Shown: positions 52,621 to 63,012, numbered from the stretch's first letter. The stretch: 64,000 nt of DNA from an uncultured delta proteobacterium (GCA_963755715.1 CAVWLW010000064.1:1-64000); one strand, 5' to 3'. Notes: generated by a model not told the origin, from the letters alone. Numbers and translations: made by a program.

Positions 52621-53839
52621 TTATTTTCCGGCCACCGCCAACTCATGCGGCCGCTTGCCAAGTCGTCGACCGCCACGCTGCGTCACTACGACGGTATCGC
52701 CCCATTGGCAAATATATTCGCCGTCGGCGGAAACGGCCGATGGTTTGCAGATGAAAACCATATTCTCGCGCATTTGCACCGCCAACTGGCGCGGGTTCTT
52801 GGCGTGCGGCGTGATGATCGGCCCGTCGTCACCCTGACCTCGGCCGTGCATGTTCAGTTCACCGCGCGCGCCTGCCGCCGGCCCGCTCTTTGGAGCAGCG
52901 CTCGTCGCCGTTCGCCGGGTCAGCTCGGCTAATTCTCCTACTGTGATGCCGGGCTTCAGGCTTTCAATCACTCGATTGAATATTTCTCTTTGTACTTTGA
53001 TCAGCTCGGCTTGAGTCGGATCGATCACTTCGACGAATACCGGCTGCACGCCCTGCGCACGATATCCGATCCATGAGGCCTCGACCTCATTTATAATCGC
53101 ATCACCACGCTCGAGCAGCCGCATGCTCGGCCGAGTCAACGTGCGCTTGGGGTTTTTCCCGGAAACCCAGAAGCAATGGATCGGCAACTCGGAGCCATTG
53201 CGAGTCATCGCATAGTGCACCGCCGCCCAAACTTCCCAGTCTTTGACGCCGACTTTCGCGGCCTCGATCTCCGCTTGGATGGCTATTTCATTAATCTCCA
53301 TCGATTTGGCAAGCGCATCGATCTCTTCCTGGCTTTTCACATAACGCACTTCGTCGAGAATCGCCGTCGCATCGACCAGCTCCGCATGCGGAAAAGCTTC
53401 GCGGATCTGTTTCCAGGTGCCGTAGAAGATCGTGCCCTCCGGCGTGCGCGTGCCTTCGACCTCGCCGAGTCCGGTAATGCCGATGCGCCCGCGCTCGAGC
53501 GTTTAATTCTTTCAAGCGCTCGACGATCGCGCGTCCGTAGTTGCGCCGCGCCTCGCGCACGTCGGTGACCCAATCCTGCACCGTCGGCCAGCGCGGCGCC
53601 GCCGAAGTCGCAATCGCAGTCACGTTACCTTCGAGCGGAAAAACCGCGGCGAGATCCGGCTCTCCGCCGCCGCAATGGGTCAGATAACGTGTGTTGGCTT
53701 GATAATCGGCCGAATGGCCACTGTTTTGCGGCGTGACAATCACGTCGAGATTTTGCTCGCGCATCAACTCGCGCACAGCCTGCCAGCGCCGGTCGCGCTC
53801 GGCGATCGAGAAACGCGGATAAGGATAAAGATCGGCCAT
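52621..53839 (-). CDS. M24 (pita-bread fold) hydrolase, non-canonical (frameshift ~53500)
   Basis: FSIAERDRRW, RYVKSQEEI, HGRGQGDDGP, GDTVVVT. Confidence 0.85.
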
Positions 53840-53938
53840 ATTGGCGTCCCCAAACGTGCAACTAACTATCACCAAAAGAATCGATACGCTAGGCGAGAAT
53901 TCGGTAGTCGTTCAGTTTGCTATCAACCACACAAAAAT

Positions 53939-54088
53939 GTAGGGGCACGCCCCTGTGCGTGCCCTCGGTCAGGCGACCACAGGGGGTCGCCCCTACAAAA
54001 AATCACGACGAAACTGAGCCACCGCCGGGGATTCGATCCAACCACGACGGTCGCGAAGCGCTAGGGGCGGGTTTTAAACCCGCCCCTA
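53939..54088. repeat. GTAG-family REP cluster
   Basis: GTAGGGGCACGCCCCTGTGCGTGCCCT, GGCGACCACAGGGGGTCGCCCCTAC and TAGGGGCGGGTTTTAAACCCGCCCCTA. Confidence 0.8.
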
Positions 54089-54147
54089 AATCATACCCTT
54101 CGTGTCCTTCGTGCCTTCGTGGTGAACGCTTTTCGCTGGTTTTGCGA

Positions 54148-55344
54148 TCAAACGTTCTTCACGATCAACTTTAGCTCGCGTTTACCGAGACGCCGCGCGC
54201 CGTTTTCGGTGACCGCCACGGTGTCGCCGATGCTGGCGCGGCCTTTGCCTTCTTTCGGTCGCACTTGCGGTTTGAGAATAAACGTCATGCCGGTTTGCAG
54301 CTCGATTTTGGAGAATCGTTCCAGGTCTTTGTCTCCTAGCAGCGCCGGACCGTCGTCGCCGAGCCCGCGCGCGTGCATCACCGGATGGTTCCATAAATAT
54401 TTGCCGTTGCCGACACGTTCGACAGTGTCGCGGTAGATGTCGAACAGCCAGCCGAAAGTCACGCCGGGTTTCATGTTGTGCAGAATGCTGTCGAAACAGG
54501 CGCGCGAGATATCGATCATTTTTTGATACTCGTCATCCGGCGCGCCGAGCACGACCGGACACACCGCCTGCGCGGCGTAGCCGGCGTATTTCGCTTCGAT
54601 CTCGTCGATCAGCCGGTCGCCTTTTTGCAGCCGATAATCCGTTGGGACAAAAGAGCTGTTACTGATCCCCGGGCCGCCGCTCAAGAAAAATAGCGTCGGC
54701 AGCTCGCCGCCGTTGGCCAGCATGGCGTGTACCATAGCGCCATAGAGCTCTTTTTCACTCACGCCGGGATTGGCATTCTCCACCATCGCTTCGATGGTCT
54801 TCTCCACGATAGCTGCGGAGCGTTCTAGCAACGACACTTCCTCGGCGCTTTTTACGGCGCGGATCTCTTGCATCATCTCGGTGGCGTTGACGATCTTCGC
54901 TTGAGGAAGGGTATCTTGAATCGCTTTCACCGAGGAATACGGAATGATTCCTTCCGGCGCGCGAAACAAACCCGCGAGTCCGGAAATGCCGATCGTGCCC
55001 TTTTGCAAGCCAAGCTCGTTGATGCGCTCGATGGCGTTCTGCCCCCAGCGATTCCGCCCGTCGCGCACATCCTCGACCCACTTCTGCGCTTGTTTCCACC
55101 ATCCGGCGCGGTTGAAGATATACGCCGTCACGTCTCCTTCACGAGGGAAAACAGTGAAGACTTCCGTGGCGAAGCCGCCGATCGAAGTCAGATAGCGCGA
55201 GTCGCCTTGTAACTGCTCCCACCGCCCGGTATTCGCCGGTAGCAGAAGACAGTCGATGCCGCGCTTGGCCATTTCAGCGCGCACAATTTGATAACGTCGG
55301 TCGCGCTCTTGGATGGATAATTGAGGAATATTCATTTTTAACAC
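54148..55344 (-). CDS. M24 (pita-bread fold) hydrolase, non-canonical
   Basis: LSIQERDRRY, RAVKSAEEV, HARGLGDDGP, GDTVAVT. Confidence 0.87.
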   Translation of the reverse strand: MLKMNIPQLSIQERDRRYQIVRAEMAKRGIDCLLLPANTGRWEQLQGDSRYLTSIGGFATEVFTVFPREGDVTAYIFNRAGWWKQAQKWVEDVRDGRNRWGQNAIERINELGLQKGTIGISGLAGLFRAPEGIIPYSSVKAIQDTLPQAKIVNATEMMQEIRAVKSAEEVSLLERSAAIVEKTIEAMVENANPGVSEKELYGAMVHAMLANGGELPTLFFLSGGPGISNSSFVPTDYRLQKGDRLIDEIEAKYAGYAAQAVCPVVLGAPDDEYQKMIDISRACFDSILHNMKPGVTFGWLFDIYRDTVERVGNGKYLWNHPVMHARGLGDDGPALLGDKDLERFSKIELQTGMTFILKPQVRPKEGKGRASIGDTVAVTENGARRLGKRELKLIVKNV

Positions 55345-55402
55345 CTCTCTTGAACGATGTTACCGCCGAGAAATGCAATCGGAGGCTCAGGATCTCCCAG
55401 TA

Positions 55403-55475
55403 TGTGTCACCCTGAGCGGTGAGCGAAGGGTCTCGGCTTCGGTCGAGATTCTTCGGCTTCGCCTCAGAATGACAC
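55403..55475. repeat. GTCA-type REP pair
   Basis: TGTCACCCTGAGCG..GCGAAGGGTCT / GAGATTCTTCGGCTTCGCCTCAGAATGACA. Confidence 0.7.
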
Positions 55476-55511
55476 TCATGATCGGAACATTTTCAAATTA
55501 ATGCGGCCTAT

Positions 55512-56383
55512 TCAGTGCGATGCCTGATGTCCGAAGCGGTGCCCGATCTGAATCCGATTGCCGAACGGATCGTAACCGTACACCGTATGTCCGCCTTGCT
55601 CGTGCCATGGGATCTTTGTCGGATCCGGTCCCCAGTAATATTCTTTGCGGTTAAACTTTTCCAGGATCGGCGGATAGAGCTCCGGCGCGATGCGAAAGTC
55701 GATATGCGGGCCTTTGACCGCGCGCGTGCTGCGCTCGGCGACTTGATCGACCCGATGCAGAATTAACAACTGGCCGGTGTTCGGCACGGTGAGCGTCACC
55801 TGTTCATCTCCCGGAACTTGTTGTCTCCTCCGTGAGTCCGAAAGTGTCGCGATACCAAGATTTTCCCTGCTGCCATGTCAGTCACTTCCACGCGCACGTG
55901 GCTGATTCGGCGCATCGGCACGAGCTTGCCCTGCGGTTTGTCGCCTATCGGATCGCGGCGCACGGAAAGCTCCAACGTGTTGCCGTCGGGATCGAGGACA
56001 AAAAGCGATTCTTTGATCGGCGAAGGTTCAGCGTAACTCATCGGCCCGTGAATTTTGAGCTTGCGCTCTTCGGCGGCGCGAACCACATCGGCCAGATTGT
56101 CCGCCGCCACTTCGAAACCGTAGACGACTCCGTCCAACGGTCGCGCCGGAGTGGACGCGATCGGAAAATCCTGCAGCGCAAGTCCCCAACCCTTGTGATT
56201 CGCCAGCGTGTAAAACAAAATCTGCGGCACCTCACGATTGAGGCCGCGGATCGTCAAGTTGGTGAGATGATCCAACTCGCCGCCCATAAACGTCGAGTAG
56301 AAACGATGCGCCCGGCCGAGATCGTTGCTCGGCAACACACCGTGGTCGATCCGATCGATCGTCGGTTTTCCATTTAAACTCAT
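55512..56383 (-). CDS. Two-domain VOC/glyoxalase-family protein (frameshift ~55861)
   Basis: RIDHGVLP, DPDGNTLEL, ISHVRVEV, PHIDF, DPFGNRIQI. Confidence 0.82.
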
Positions 56384-56516
56384 GTCAAGCCTCCGTAATG
56401 ATTTTTGCATCCCGAATTTTAGATTGCCGGAAGAATCCGAATCGCGCGTTAGGTGTGTGCTTGCAGCCGTCTTCCTCCCCAATCCAAAATCCAAAATCGG
56501 AAATCTAAAATGAACT

Positions 56517-57674
56517 TCACTTGCCTGACTTCTGCCGCGCATTGGTAATCAAATCGCCAACGGGCTTCCACTCCATCCAATCGTGCCGGCTGATTTCTAT
56601 ATAGTCGACGTCCTTTCGTCGCCGCGCCGCTTCCGGCACCACGCTTAGCGGCAGGTCCTCGCGCATCGACGTCGTCGTGTCATCTTCCTGCGTGTTGTTG
56701 GCTTGACGAAATGCGATTTGTCCTTCACGCGACAAGTACCAGTTGATGAAAACTTTGGCGGCGTTGGGATGTGGCTGATTATTCATCAAAACGATCGCGC
56801 CGTTGTTCGAGCCGATGCCGGGAGCTTCTTTAAATTGATAGGGACTCACTTCCGCCACCGGCAGCCCCTGCTCCAAAGCGCGGCGCAGCCGGCACAGTAT
56901 ACAAAGTTGGTACTTCCCCCCCGCCAGCCAATCGGTTCCTTGACGAAAATCGCTGAAGTAAGTGAGATCCATTTCGCCGCCGTAGAGCCGTTCAAGAAAT
57001 TTCGGCCCCACCTGAGGGTGGTGGTACATGAACAGCAGGGCCGTCGAGACATAGTTGGCACGCGGCCACAGCGCGATCATCTTGCCTTTCCACTTGGGAT
57101 CGAGAAGATCCCACACGGAACGAATTGAATCGAGATTCACCAACTTCGTATTTGAATACACCGGCGGTCCGTAGAGCGTGCTCTGATAAACAAAAACGTA
57201 TTGCCCCTCCGAATCGACGTAACGATGCTTGCCCTTCCACCACTTGGACAGATCGGTCACTTCCGGCAACACCAATGCCGGCGGCATGGGGTCGAGCGCT
57301 TTACCCCGATAAAAACTGTTATAAGTCGCACCCGGCGCGCCGAGCATGGCGTCGACTAAGTACTGGTTAGCGCGCCGCTCGGCCATGACCTTGGTGACGA
57401 TTTCGCTGGTGGTGCTGATACCGACGGAATTAAGTTTAATCTTGGGAAATTTCTTTTTAAACGCGTCCCAGATCACCTGTAGATCGCCGACCGAATTAGT
57501 CGCGTAGACCGTGACCTCGCCTTCCTTTTCCGCCGCTTTGACGAGATCTTCCCAGCGCGCCTGCGCGGCCGACGCTTTGGCTGCGATAGCACAAGTTGTG
57601 ACGCTCAAGAGCGTCGCCAACATCCGAAGGAAATAGGTCTTATACGACTTATGGGTCTTACCCTCGAGCCTCAT
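56517..57674 (-). CDS. ABC substrate-binding protein
   Basis: AAEKEGEV, DLLDPKWKGK, PHPNAAKVFINW; start uncertain. Confidence 0.85.
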   Translation of the reverse strand: MRLEGKTHKSYKTYFLRMLATLLSVTTCAIAAKASAAQARWEDLVKAAEKEGEVTVYATNSVGDLQVIWDAFKKKFPKIKLNSVGISTTSEIVTKVMAERRANQYLVDAMLGAPGATYNSFYRGKALDPMPPALVLPEVTDLSKWWKGKHRYVDSEGQYVFVYQSTLYGPPVYSNTKLVNLDSIRSVWDLLDPKWKGKMIALWPRANYVSTALLFMYHHPQVGPKFLERLYGGEMDLTYFSDFRQGTDWLAGGKYQLCILCRLRRALEQGLPVAEVSPYQFKEAPGIGSNNGAIVLMNNQPHPNAAKVFINWYLSREGQIAFRQANNTQEDDTTTSMREDLPLSVVPEAARRRKDVDYIEISRHDWMEWKPVGDLITNARQKSGK

Positions 57675-57693
57675 CGCCCCATCCCTTCGCTCA

Positions 57694-58635
57694 CTATTCA
57701 GTGCTGATCTGCTGTCCCAACCCGCGTCGCTTCGCTTCTTCATAAGCCCAAGCCGCCAGCGCCAGATCGCCATAGCCGCCCTGCGAATCGCGGAACACGA
57801 TAATACTATTTGCTAGAGCCGGGGCGGCGATCTTACCGGCGACAATATCGCCGAGCTCGACGACCGTGTTCCAAGGAATCGTTCCCTGGTTCGACAGGCG
57901 AATCAGCGGCTGGTCCAGCTTCCTATCATAATATTCCAGCTCATGCGCTTTGCTGGTCACGGTGATCAAGCCGGCGCGCAAATAAACGTCGTCGTTGAAT
58001 TCGTTGGGGCGGCCAACGCCAAAAATGGCTTGGCCCGGCCGCAACCACTCGCCATGGACCGCAGCCGCAGGAGAATTGGTGCTCACCAGCACGAAGTCGG
58101 CTTGCTCGATCGCTTGTTGTGCGGAAGTGGCCGGAACAATGTCTACTTTTAAGTTCGTGCTCGCTCTACGCGCAAAGGCTTCGCGGTTTTCCGCGCTCCG
58201 GCTGTAAACCAGCACCCGCTCGATCGGCCGCACCGCAACCGCGGGCTCGAGCGCCGGCAAAGCCAATCGACCGCTGCCGATCATCGCCACCGTTCGCGCC
58301 TTGGGCTCGGTGAAGCGTTCAATAGCGATCCCGACGGTCGCGCTGATGCGCAAGTTACTGAACGGATAACCCATCAAGCAAACGAGATCGCCCGAGCTGA
58401 TCTCGAACAGCAGCGCCCTGCTCTCGCCGCCGGTGACGCTGACGCGAAAGCCATTTTTATTCTGCGCTTCGAGGCCGCCCACGACCATGCGCATGCCGCG
58501 ATTCATGAAGCGCAGCGGCGCCACCTGTTTCACTTGACCGGCGGATTGCTCGCGCAATGTTTGCTCAAGCACAGCCATCGCCCGTCGCAGATCGAGCAAA
58601 TCGGAAATTTCGGAGCGCTTAAGCAGGAGCGTCAA
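57694..58635 (-). CDS. Ornithine cyclodeaminase/mu-crystallin family protein
   Basis: LRISAT, GSGRLA, ELGDIVAG, FRDSQGG. Confidence 0.85.
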   Translation of the reverse strand: MTLLLKRSEISDLLDLRRAMAVLEQTLREQSAGQVKQVAPLRFMNRGMRMVVGGLEAQNKNGFRVSVTGGESRALLFEISSGDLVCLMGYPFSNLRISATVGIAIERFTEPKARTVAMIGSGRLALPALEPAVAVRPIERVLVYSRSAENREAFARRASTNLKVDIVPATSAQQAIEQADFVLVSTNSPAAAVHGEWLRPGQAIFGVGRPNEFNDDVYLRAGLITVTSKAHELEYYDRKLDQPLIRLSNQGTIPWNTVVELGDIVAGKIAAPALANSIIVFRDSQGGYGDLALAAWAYEEAKRRGLGQQISTE

Positions 58636-58866
58636 GATATTGTCTCAATCAGGTTGGAATTCTTCGCTGTCCGCACGAGCGCAATCTAATAACGAACGCA
58701 CTGTGAGGTCAAGGCGCCGTTCGGCCCGAAATAATTTAATCTCAGAGTTGAAATAAAAACTCTCGGCCGAGAAAGTCGCCGCTCCAGCGGAGGGCAATTC
58801 GCCAATTGAAGCGGTGTCGCCGCAGGTGAAATGAGACGACATAAAAAATATTGGGCAGGTCGACGA

Positions 58867-59400
58867 CTATTTATCTGTGTCCGCCGCTTTGATCTCCGTG
58901 ATCTTGACAGCGAACAACAAAGTTTTGCCAGCGAGCGGATGATTGAAATCCATGATGACGGTATTTTCTTTGACCTCATGCACTCGCACCGGGACACTTT
59001 GGCCCTGCGGCCCCGTGGCGGTCAACACAGTGCCGACCTTAAGCGCTTCGGGCGGGAGTTTGTCCTTGGGAATTTCCTGGAACGCTTGGGGATTGACTGG
59101 TCCATAGCCGTCTTCGGGTTTGACCGTTACCTTCTTTTCGCCGCCCACGGGCAGACCCTCAAGTTCTTTTTCCAATCCCGGAATAATTTGCCCTTTGCCG
59201 TGCACATAATGCATCGGCTCTTTCCCCTTGCTCGAGTCGATCACGGTGCCGCTTTCATCGGTCAACGTGTAATCGAACGCGACCATGGAACCGGTCTGGA
59301 TCACGACCGCCGGCTTCGCCATCGTCTGAGCGGAAAGATCGCAATTAAAAAACAATAGGGCGACAACGCAGACACAAAGAAAAGATCGAATTGGCCTCAT
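58867..59400 (-). CDS. SlyD-type FKBP peptidyl-prolyl isomerase with N-terminal signal peptide
   Basis: YTLTD, IIPGLEKEL, PEDGYG, IF domain, DFNHPLAGKTL. Confidence 0.9.
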   Translation of the reverse strand: MRPIRSFLCVCVVALLFFNCDLSAQTMAKPAVVIQTGSMVAFDYTLTDESGTVIDSSKGKEPMHYVHGKGQIIPGLEKELEGLPVGGEKKVTVKPEDGYGPVNPQAFQEIPKDKLPPEALKVGTVLTATGPQGQSVPVRVHEVKENTVIMDFNHPLAGKTLLFAVKITEIKAADTDK

Positions 59401-59537
59401 GGATTCCTCCGAACGGGATTAATTTTGGCAGGTAGCAATAAGCGTACGTACTAACACAAACGAATTCAACCGCCGACCGGCGCGAAACCACAAAGGCGCA
59501 GGGCGCAGCATCAGCTGTCGCCAACTACGGCACCTGT

Positions 59538-60566
59538 TTATTGCGCCAAAATCTTTTTGATACGCTCGACGACTTCCGGCGGCTGGTCGATAACTTCTTT
59601 GGCGATCTTGGCCAATTCTTCACCGCTGACCGCGGTAATCTCCAGATTACTCTTGGCCGCATCGGCCAACAGCGCCGGATCGGCCATGCTCTTCATGAAC
59701 GCTTCGCGCAAAATTTTCGTGCGATCCGGCGGCGTCGCCGGATGGGTGACGATCGGTCGCCCAAGCTCGCCCGAACCGAGCATGACCGTGACCACGCGGC
59801 GTCCGAGATCGGCGGTCTTGAATTCGTCCATGAGATCGCTGAGCAACGGTGTATCCGGCAAGCGCGGGTCGCGCTTGTGCCCCGTTTGCATCAGCACCCG
59901 GACGAAGTTCTTCTTGCGCCAACTATGGTACGGCTCGCGGGCGAAGTACGCTGCCGTCGTAAACGTGCGGCACACGATTTCATTTCGCTCCGTGGCCAGA
60001 TCGATTTCATTGCCGCCGGCGTAGCCGGTTACAATCGTGAACTTGGTGCCAAGGGCTTCTTCAAGCATGCGCGGCATATAATGCCCGCTGGTTCCCGTCC
60101 CAGTGGCGCCGCACTTGGGCGCCTCGGTCGCCTTGCGGACGTCTTGCATCGACTTGAACGGCGCGTCGGTACGCATGTAAAGCATATGTTCGGATTTGTC
60201 GGAGCTGGCCAGCCAGCTAAATTTGGGCCAGTCGAATTTGATTTCCTTATTGCCCTGGAGCTGATTGAAATAGTGCGCCGGGTTGATCGAGGCAAGGGTC
60301 AAGCCATCGGGCTTCGCCACTCCATAAACAAAATTTGCCGCGACGATGCCGCCCGCGGCCGGCATATTCTGCATGACCACGGTTGGATTACCCGCAATGT
60401 GCTTACCGATATGATTGGCAAGCAGCCTCGAATACATATCGTACGCCGTTCCCGCACCCGACCCGACGATAAACGTAATCGTCTTACCCTGATAGTAAGG
60501 CGTTTGCGCCAGCGCCACGGCGCTCGAGAGCAGCAGGAGAATGAGCGGCAATACAAACCTGATCAT
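59538..60566 (-). CDS. TctC/Bug-like binding protein
   Basis: PYYQGKTITFIVG, QNMPAAGG, KPDG, GYAGG. Confidence 0.88.
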   Translation of the reverse strand: MIRFVLPLILLLLSSAVALAQTPYYQGKTITFIVGSGAGTAYDMYSRLLANHIGKHIAGNPTVVMQNMPAAGGIVAANFVYGVAKPDGLTLASINPAHYFNQLQGNKEIKFDWPKFSWLASSDKSEHMLYMRTDAPFKSMQDVRKATEAPKCGATGTGTSGHYMPRMLEEALGTKFTIVTGYAGGNEIDLATERNEIVCRTFTTAAYFAREPYHSWRKKNFVRVLMQTGHKRDPRLPDTPLLSDLMDEFKTADLGRRVVTVMLGSGELGRPIVTHPATPPDRTKILREAFMKSMADPALLADAAKSNLEITAVSGEELAKIAKEVIDQPPEVVERIKKILAQ

Positions 60567-60921
60567 GAAACCTCCTCATCGAGTGTTTCTGTTAAAACGC
60601 GGCGTTATATTAGTCCGCGACTGAACCCCGTTCAAGGGAAAGAGCGCCCAAAAACGCGCAACTGGGATTTGCGAAAACTGTTCACCTGAGCGGCTGCCAC
60701 GAGTAAGACGCATAGAGACGCTGATGACATTCGTGCACACTCTCGCCGGATATTCGGAACGGAAAAGATTCCCTGACTCCTTAAAGTTCACTCACGTCGC
60801 ATCGAATGCGACGATTACAAATTGCCCTTGTATTTGGCGAAATCCTAGCGATTTCAAGGAACAAAACTTGCTTTAGAAATGCGCGTTCGATTTCTTTGGA
60901 TTTCTTCATGAGGAACATCAA

Positions 60922-61869
60922 TTGTTAAATACAAAAAATGCGAGTCGTGACTGGCCACTGGGTGCGAAGAGTCTGGTCGGCATGTTCAGTTGTGTAATCG
61001 GACTTGGAGTTGTCTATTTCGGCTTTGGCATCGGCACCGAATCGCCCAAGAAGGAAGCATCGGCGGGGGCGACCCCGGTCGCGCCGCGGGATCTCACAAG
61101 GCCCGTGCGCGCCATGAATCTCGCGTTGGGCAATATGGTCTTTTTCGCCCAAGATCTCAGCTTCAGCGCCAAGAGCGCCAAGAATAGCGCTGTCGATGCG
61201 AGCAAGGTCGCCGCGCGCATTGAAAACCAATTGCAGGGTATACGCGAAATCTATCGGATCGAAAGCGCTAAAAATCCGGCTCTCGTCGGCAGCCTGTTGC
61301 TGCAATTTAACATCGCTCCTTCGGGCGAAGTCAGCCAAATAAGAGAAGTAGCCGGACGTCTCAATGACGGCGAATTCAAAAAAGCCGTCATCGCAGAAAC
61401 GGCGAAGTGGTCGTTTGCCGAGATTGTTTCGGAAAACTTGATCGTCACTTGTCCGCTGCTCTTCGTCCACGAAGGAATGGATATCACGACTTTAGTTCAG
61501 TGGGAGAAAACGATTGGCAATCTTGCCGATAAGCCCGCCGCCAATGCCGCGCCGAATCAATCGGCAAAACTCGCCGAGGCGCCTCAATCGTCCAACGGCG
61601 CGATCAAATCACCGACCCCTGCTGCGCTAAAAACCGAACCGGCCGTGAAACTGGACGGGAAAGTTTTTCAGATTAAATACGCGACTTCGCTGCGCACGGA
61701 GCCGAATTTTTCCGCCGCCTCTTTGACTACTTTTACCATCGGCACAAAAGTGACCGTGTTGCGAAAACAGGGAGAATGGCTGGAAGTGCGTTCGACGGAC
61801 AACGGTCCCAGCGGATTCATTCGCAAAGAGTTCATCACGCCCGACGAAGTCGTGCACAAGGAAAAGTAG
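60922..61869 (+). CDS. Membrane-anchored protein with TonB-C/AgmX-like domain and C-terminal SH3b
   Basis: N-terminal TM; NPALVGSLLLQFNIAPSGEV..KWSF; LRTEP..GTKVTVL..GEWLEV..SGFI. Confidence 0.7.
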   Translation: MLNTKNASRDWPLGAKSLVGMFSCVIGLGVVYFGFGIGTESPKKEASAGATPVAPRDLTRPVRAMNLALGNMVFFAQDLSFSAKSAKNSAVDASKVAARIENQLQGIREIYRIESAKNPALVGSLLLQFNIAPSGEVSQIREVAGRLNDGEFKKAVIAETAKWSFAEIVSENLIVTCPLLFVHEGMDITTLVQWEKTIGNLADKPAANAAPNQSAKLAEAPQSSNGAIKSPTPAALKTEPAVKLDGKVFQIKYATSLRTEPNFSAASLTTFTIGTKVTVLRKQGEWLEVRSTDNGPSGFIRKEFITPDEVVHKEK

Positions 61870-62027
61870 CTCCGTCGGCCTTTCCAAGGCGCATCTCGTC
61901 GCGGCCGATGGCGTGCCTGGATCAGCCATCGAGGTTGCGCCATCCTCACTCGGTTGGCGGTTGAGGACGTTTCACGAGGTCGGTAGAATGATCCGACTCA
62001 ACGTGAAGCGGCTCGAGACCGACGACT

Positions 62028-62996
62028 GTGGCAAATATCATTTTCCAACGCCCCTGGCGCATCCCAGAGCGGCGCGCGACACCGGAAGCTATCTTCCATC
62101 GCCGTCGCCAGATTCTCAAAGCGGCCGGTATTTTAGGATTTGGCTTGGCGGCCGGCGCGAACTGGGCCTGCGGACCGGCTAAAGATGCGGCGATCGTAGG
62201 CGCGCAGGAACAGCCGCCGGCGCTTGACCTGTATCCGGCGCGCCGCGCCGCGCGTTTCGTTCTCGATCGACCGATCACGGAAGAGATCTACGCGGCCTCG
62301 TATAATAACTTCTACGAGTTTAGCGTCTTCAAAGGCGGCGTTTACAAGAAGGCGGCGCGTTTGAAAACCGCGCCGTGGCAAATCGACGTGACCGGTCTCG
62401 TCGAAAAACCGCGCGTCTTCGATATCGACGAGCTTGTTCGCGCGCTGCCTCTCGAGGAACGGCTTTACCGCTTTCGCTGCGTCGAAGCGTGGGCGATGGC
62501 GGTGCCGTGGACCGGCATCCCGATGAAAGACTTCATCGATAAAGTGCAGCCGCTCTCATCGGCCCAGTACGTTCGCTTCGTAACCTTCATGAAACCGGAA
62601 ATCGCATCAAATCAAAATCCATCCAAGGGGCCTTGGCCCTACAGCGAAGGACTTTCGATGGCGGAAGCGATGAATGAATTGACGCTTCTCGCGACGGGGA
62701 TTTACGGGCACCCGTTGCCGAAACAACACGGCGCGCCCTTGCGCCTCGTCGTGCCCTGGAAATATGGATTTAAGAGCATCAAATCCATCGTGAAAATCGA
62801 ATTCACCGCGGACAAGCCGCAAACCTTTTGGCATAGCAACCGGCCCGAGGAATATGATTTCGTCGCCAATGTACGCCCCGACATCCCGCACCGGCGCTGG
62901 TCCCAGGCGACCGAAAAATTGATCGACACGGGCGCGCGCCGCGCGACTTTACCGTTCAATGGCTATGGCGAGTGGGTGGCGCACCTGTATCGGTGA
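62028..62996 (+). CDS. msrP: Periplasmic methionine sulfoxide reductase, molybdopterin catalytic subunit
   Basis: GTG GCA AAT reads on + at 62028 and TGA at 62994 (track label '-' is wrong); Tat RRRQILK, YNNFYEF, RFRCVEAW, PWKYGFKSIK. Confidence 0.95.
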   Translation: MANIIFQRPWRIPERRATPEAIFHRRRQILKAAGILGFGLAAGANWACGPAKDAAIVGAQEQPPALDLYPARRAARFVLDRPITEEIYAASYNNFYEFSVFKGGVYKKAARLKTAPWQIDVTGLVEKPRVFDIDELVRALPLEERLYRFRCVEAWAMAVPWTGIPMKDFIDKVQPLSSAQYVRFVTFMKPEIASNQNPSKGPWPYSEGLSMAEAMNELTLLATGIYGHPLPKQHGAPLRLVVPWKYGFKSIKSIVKIEFTADKPQTFWHSNRPEEYDFVANVRPDIPHRRWSQATEKLIDTGARRATLPFNGYGEWVAHLYR

Positions 62997-63012
62997 TCGC
63001 GCCTGATCAATT

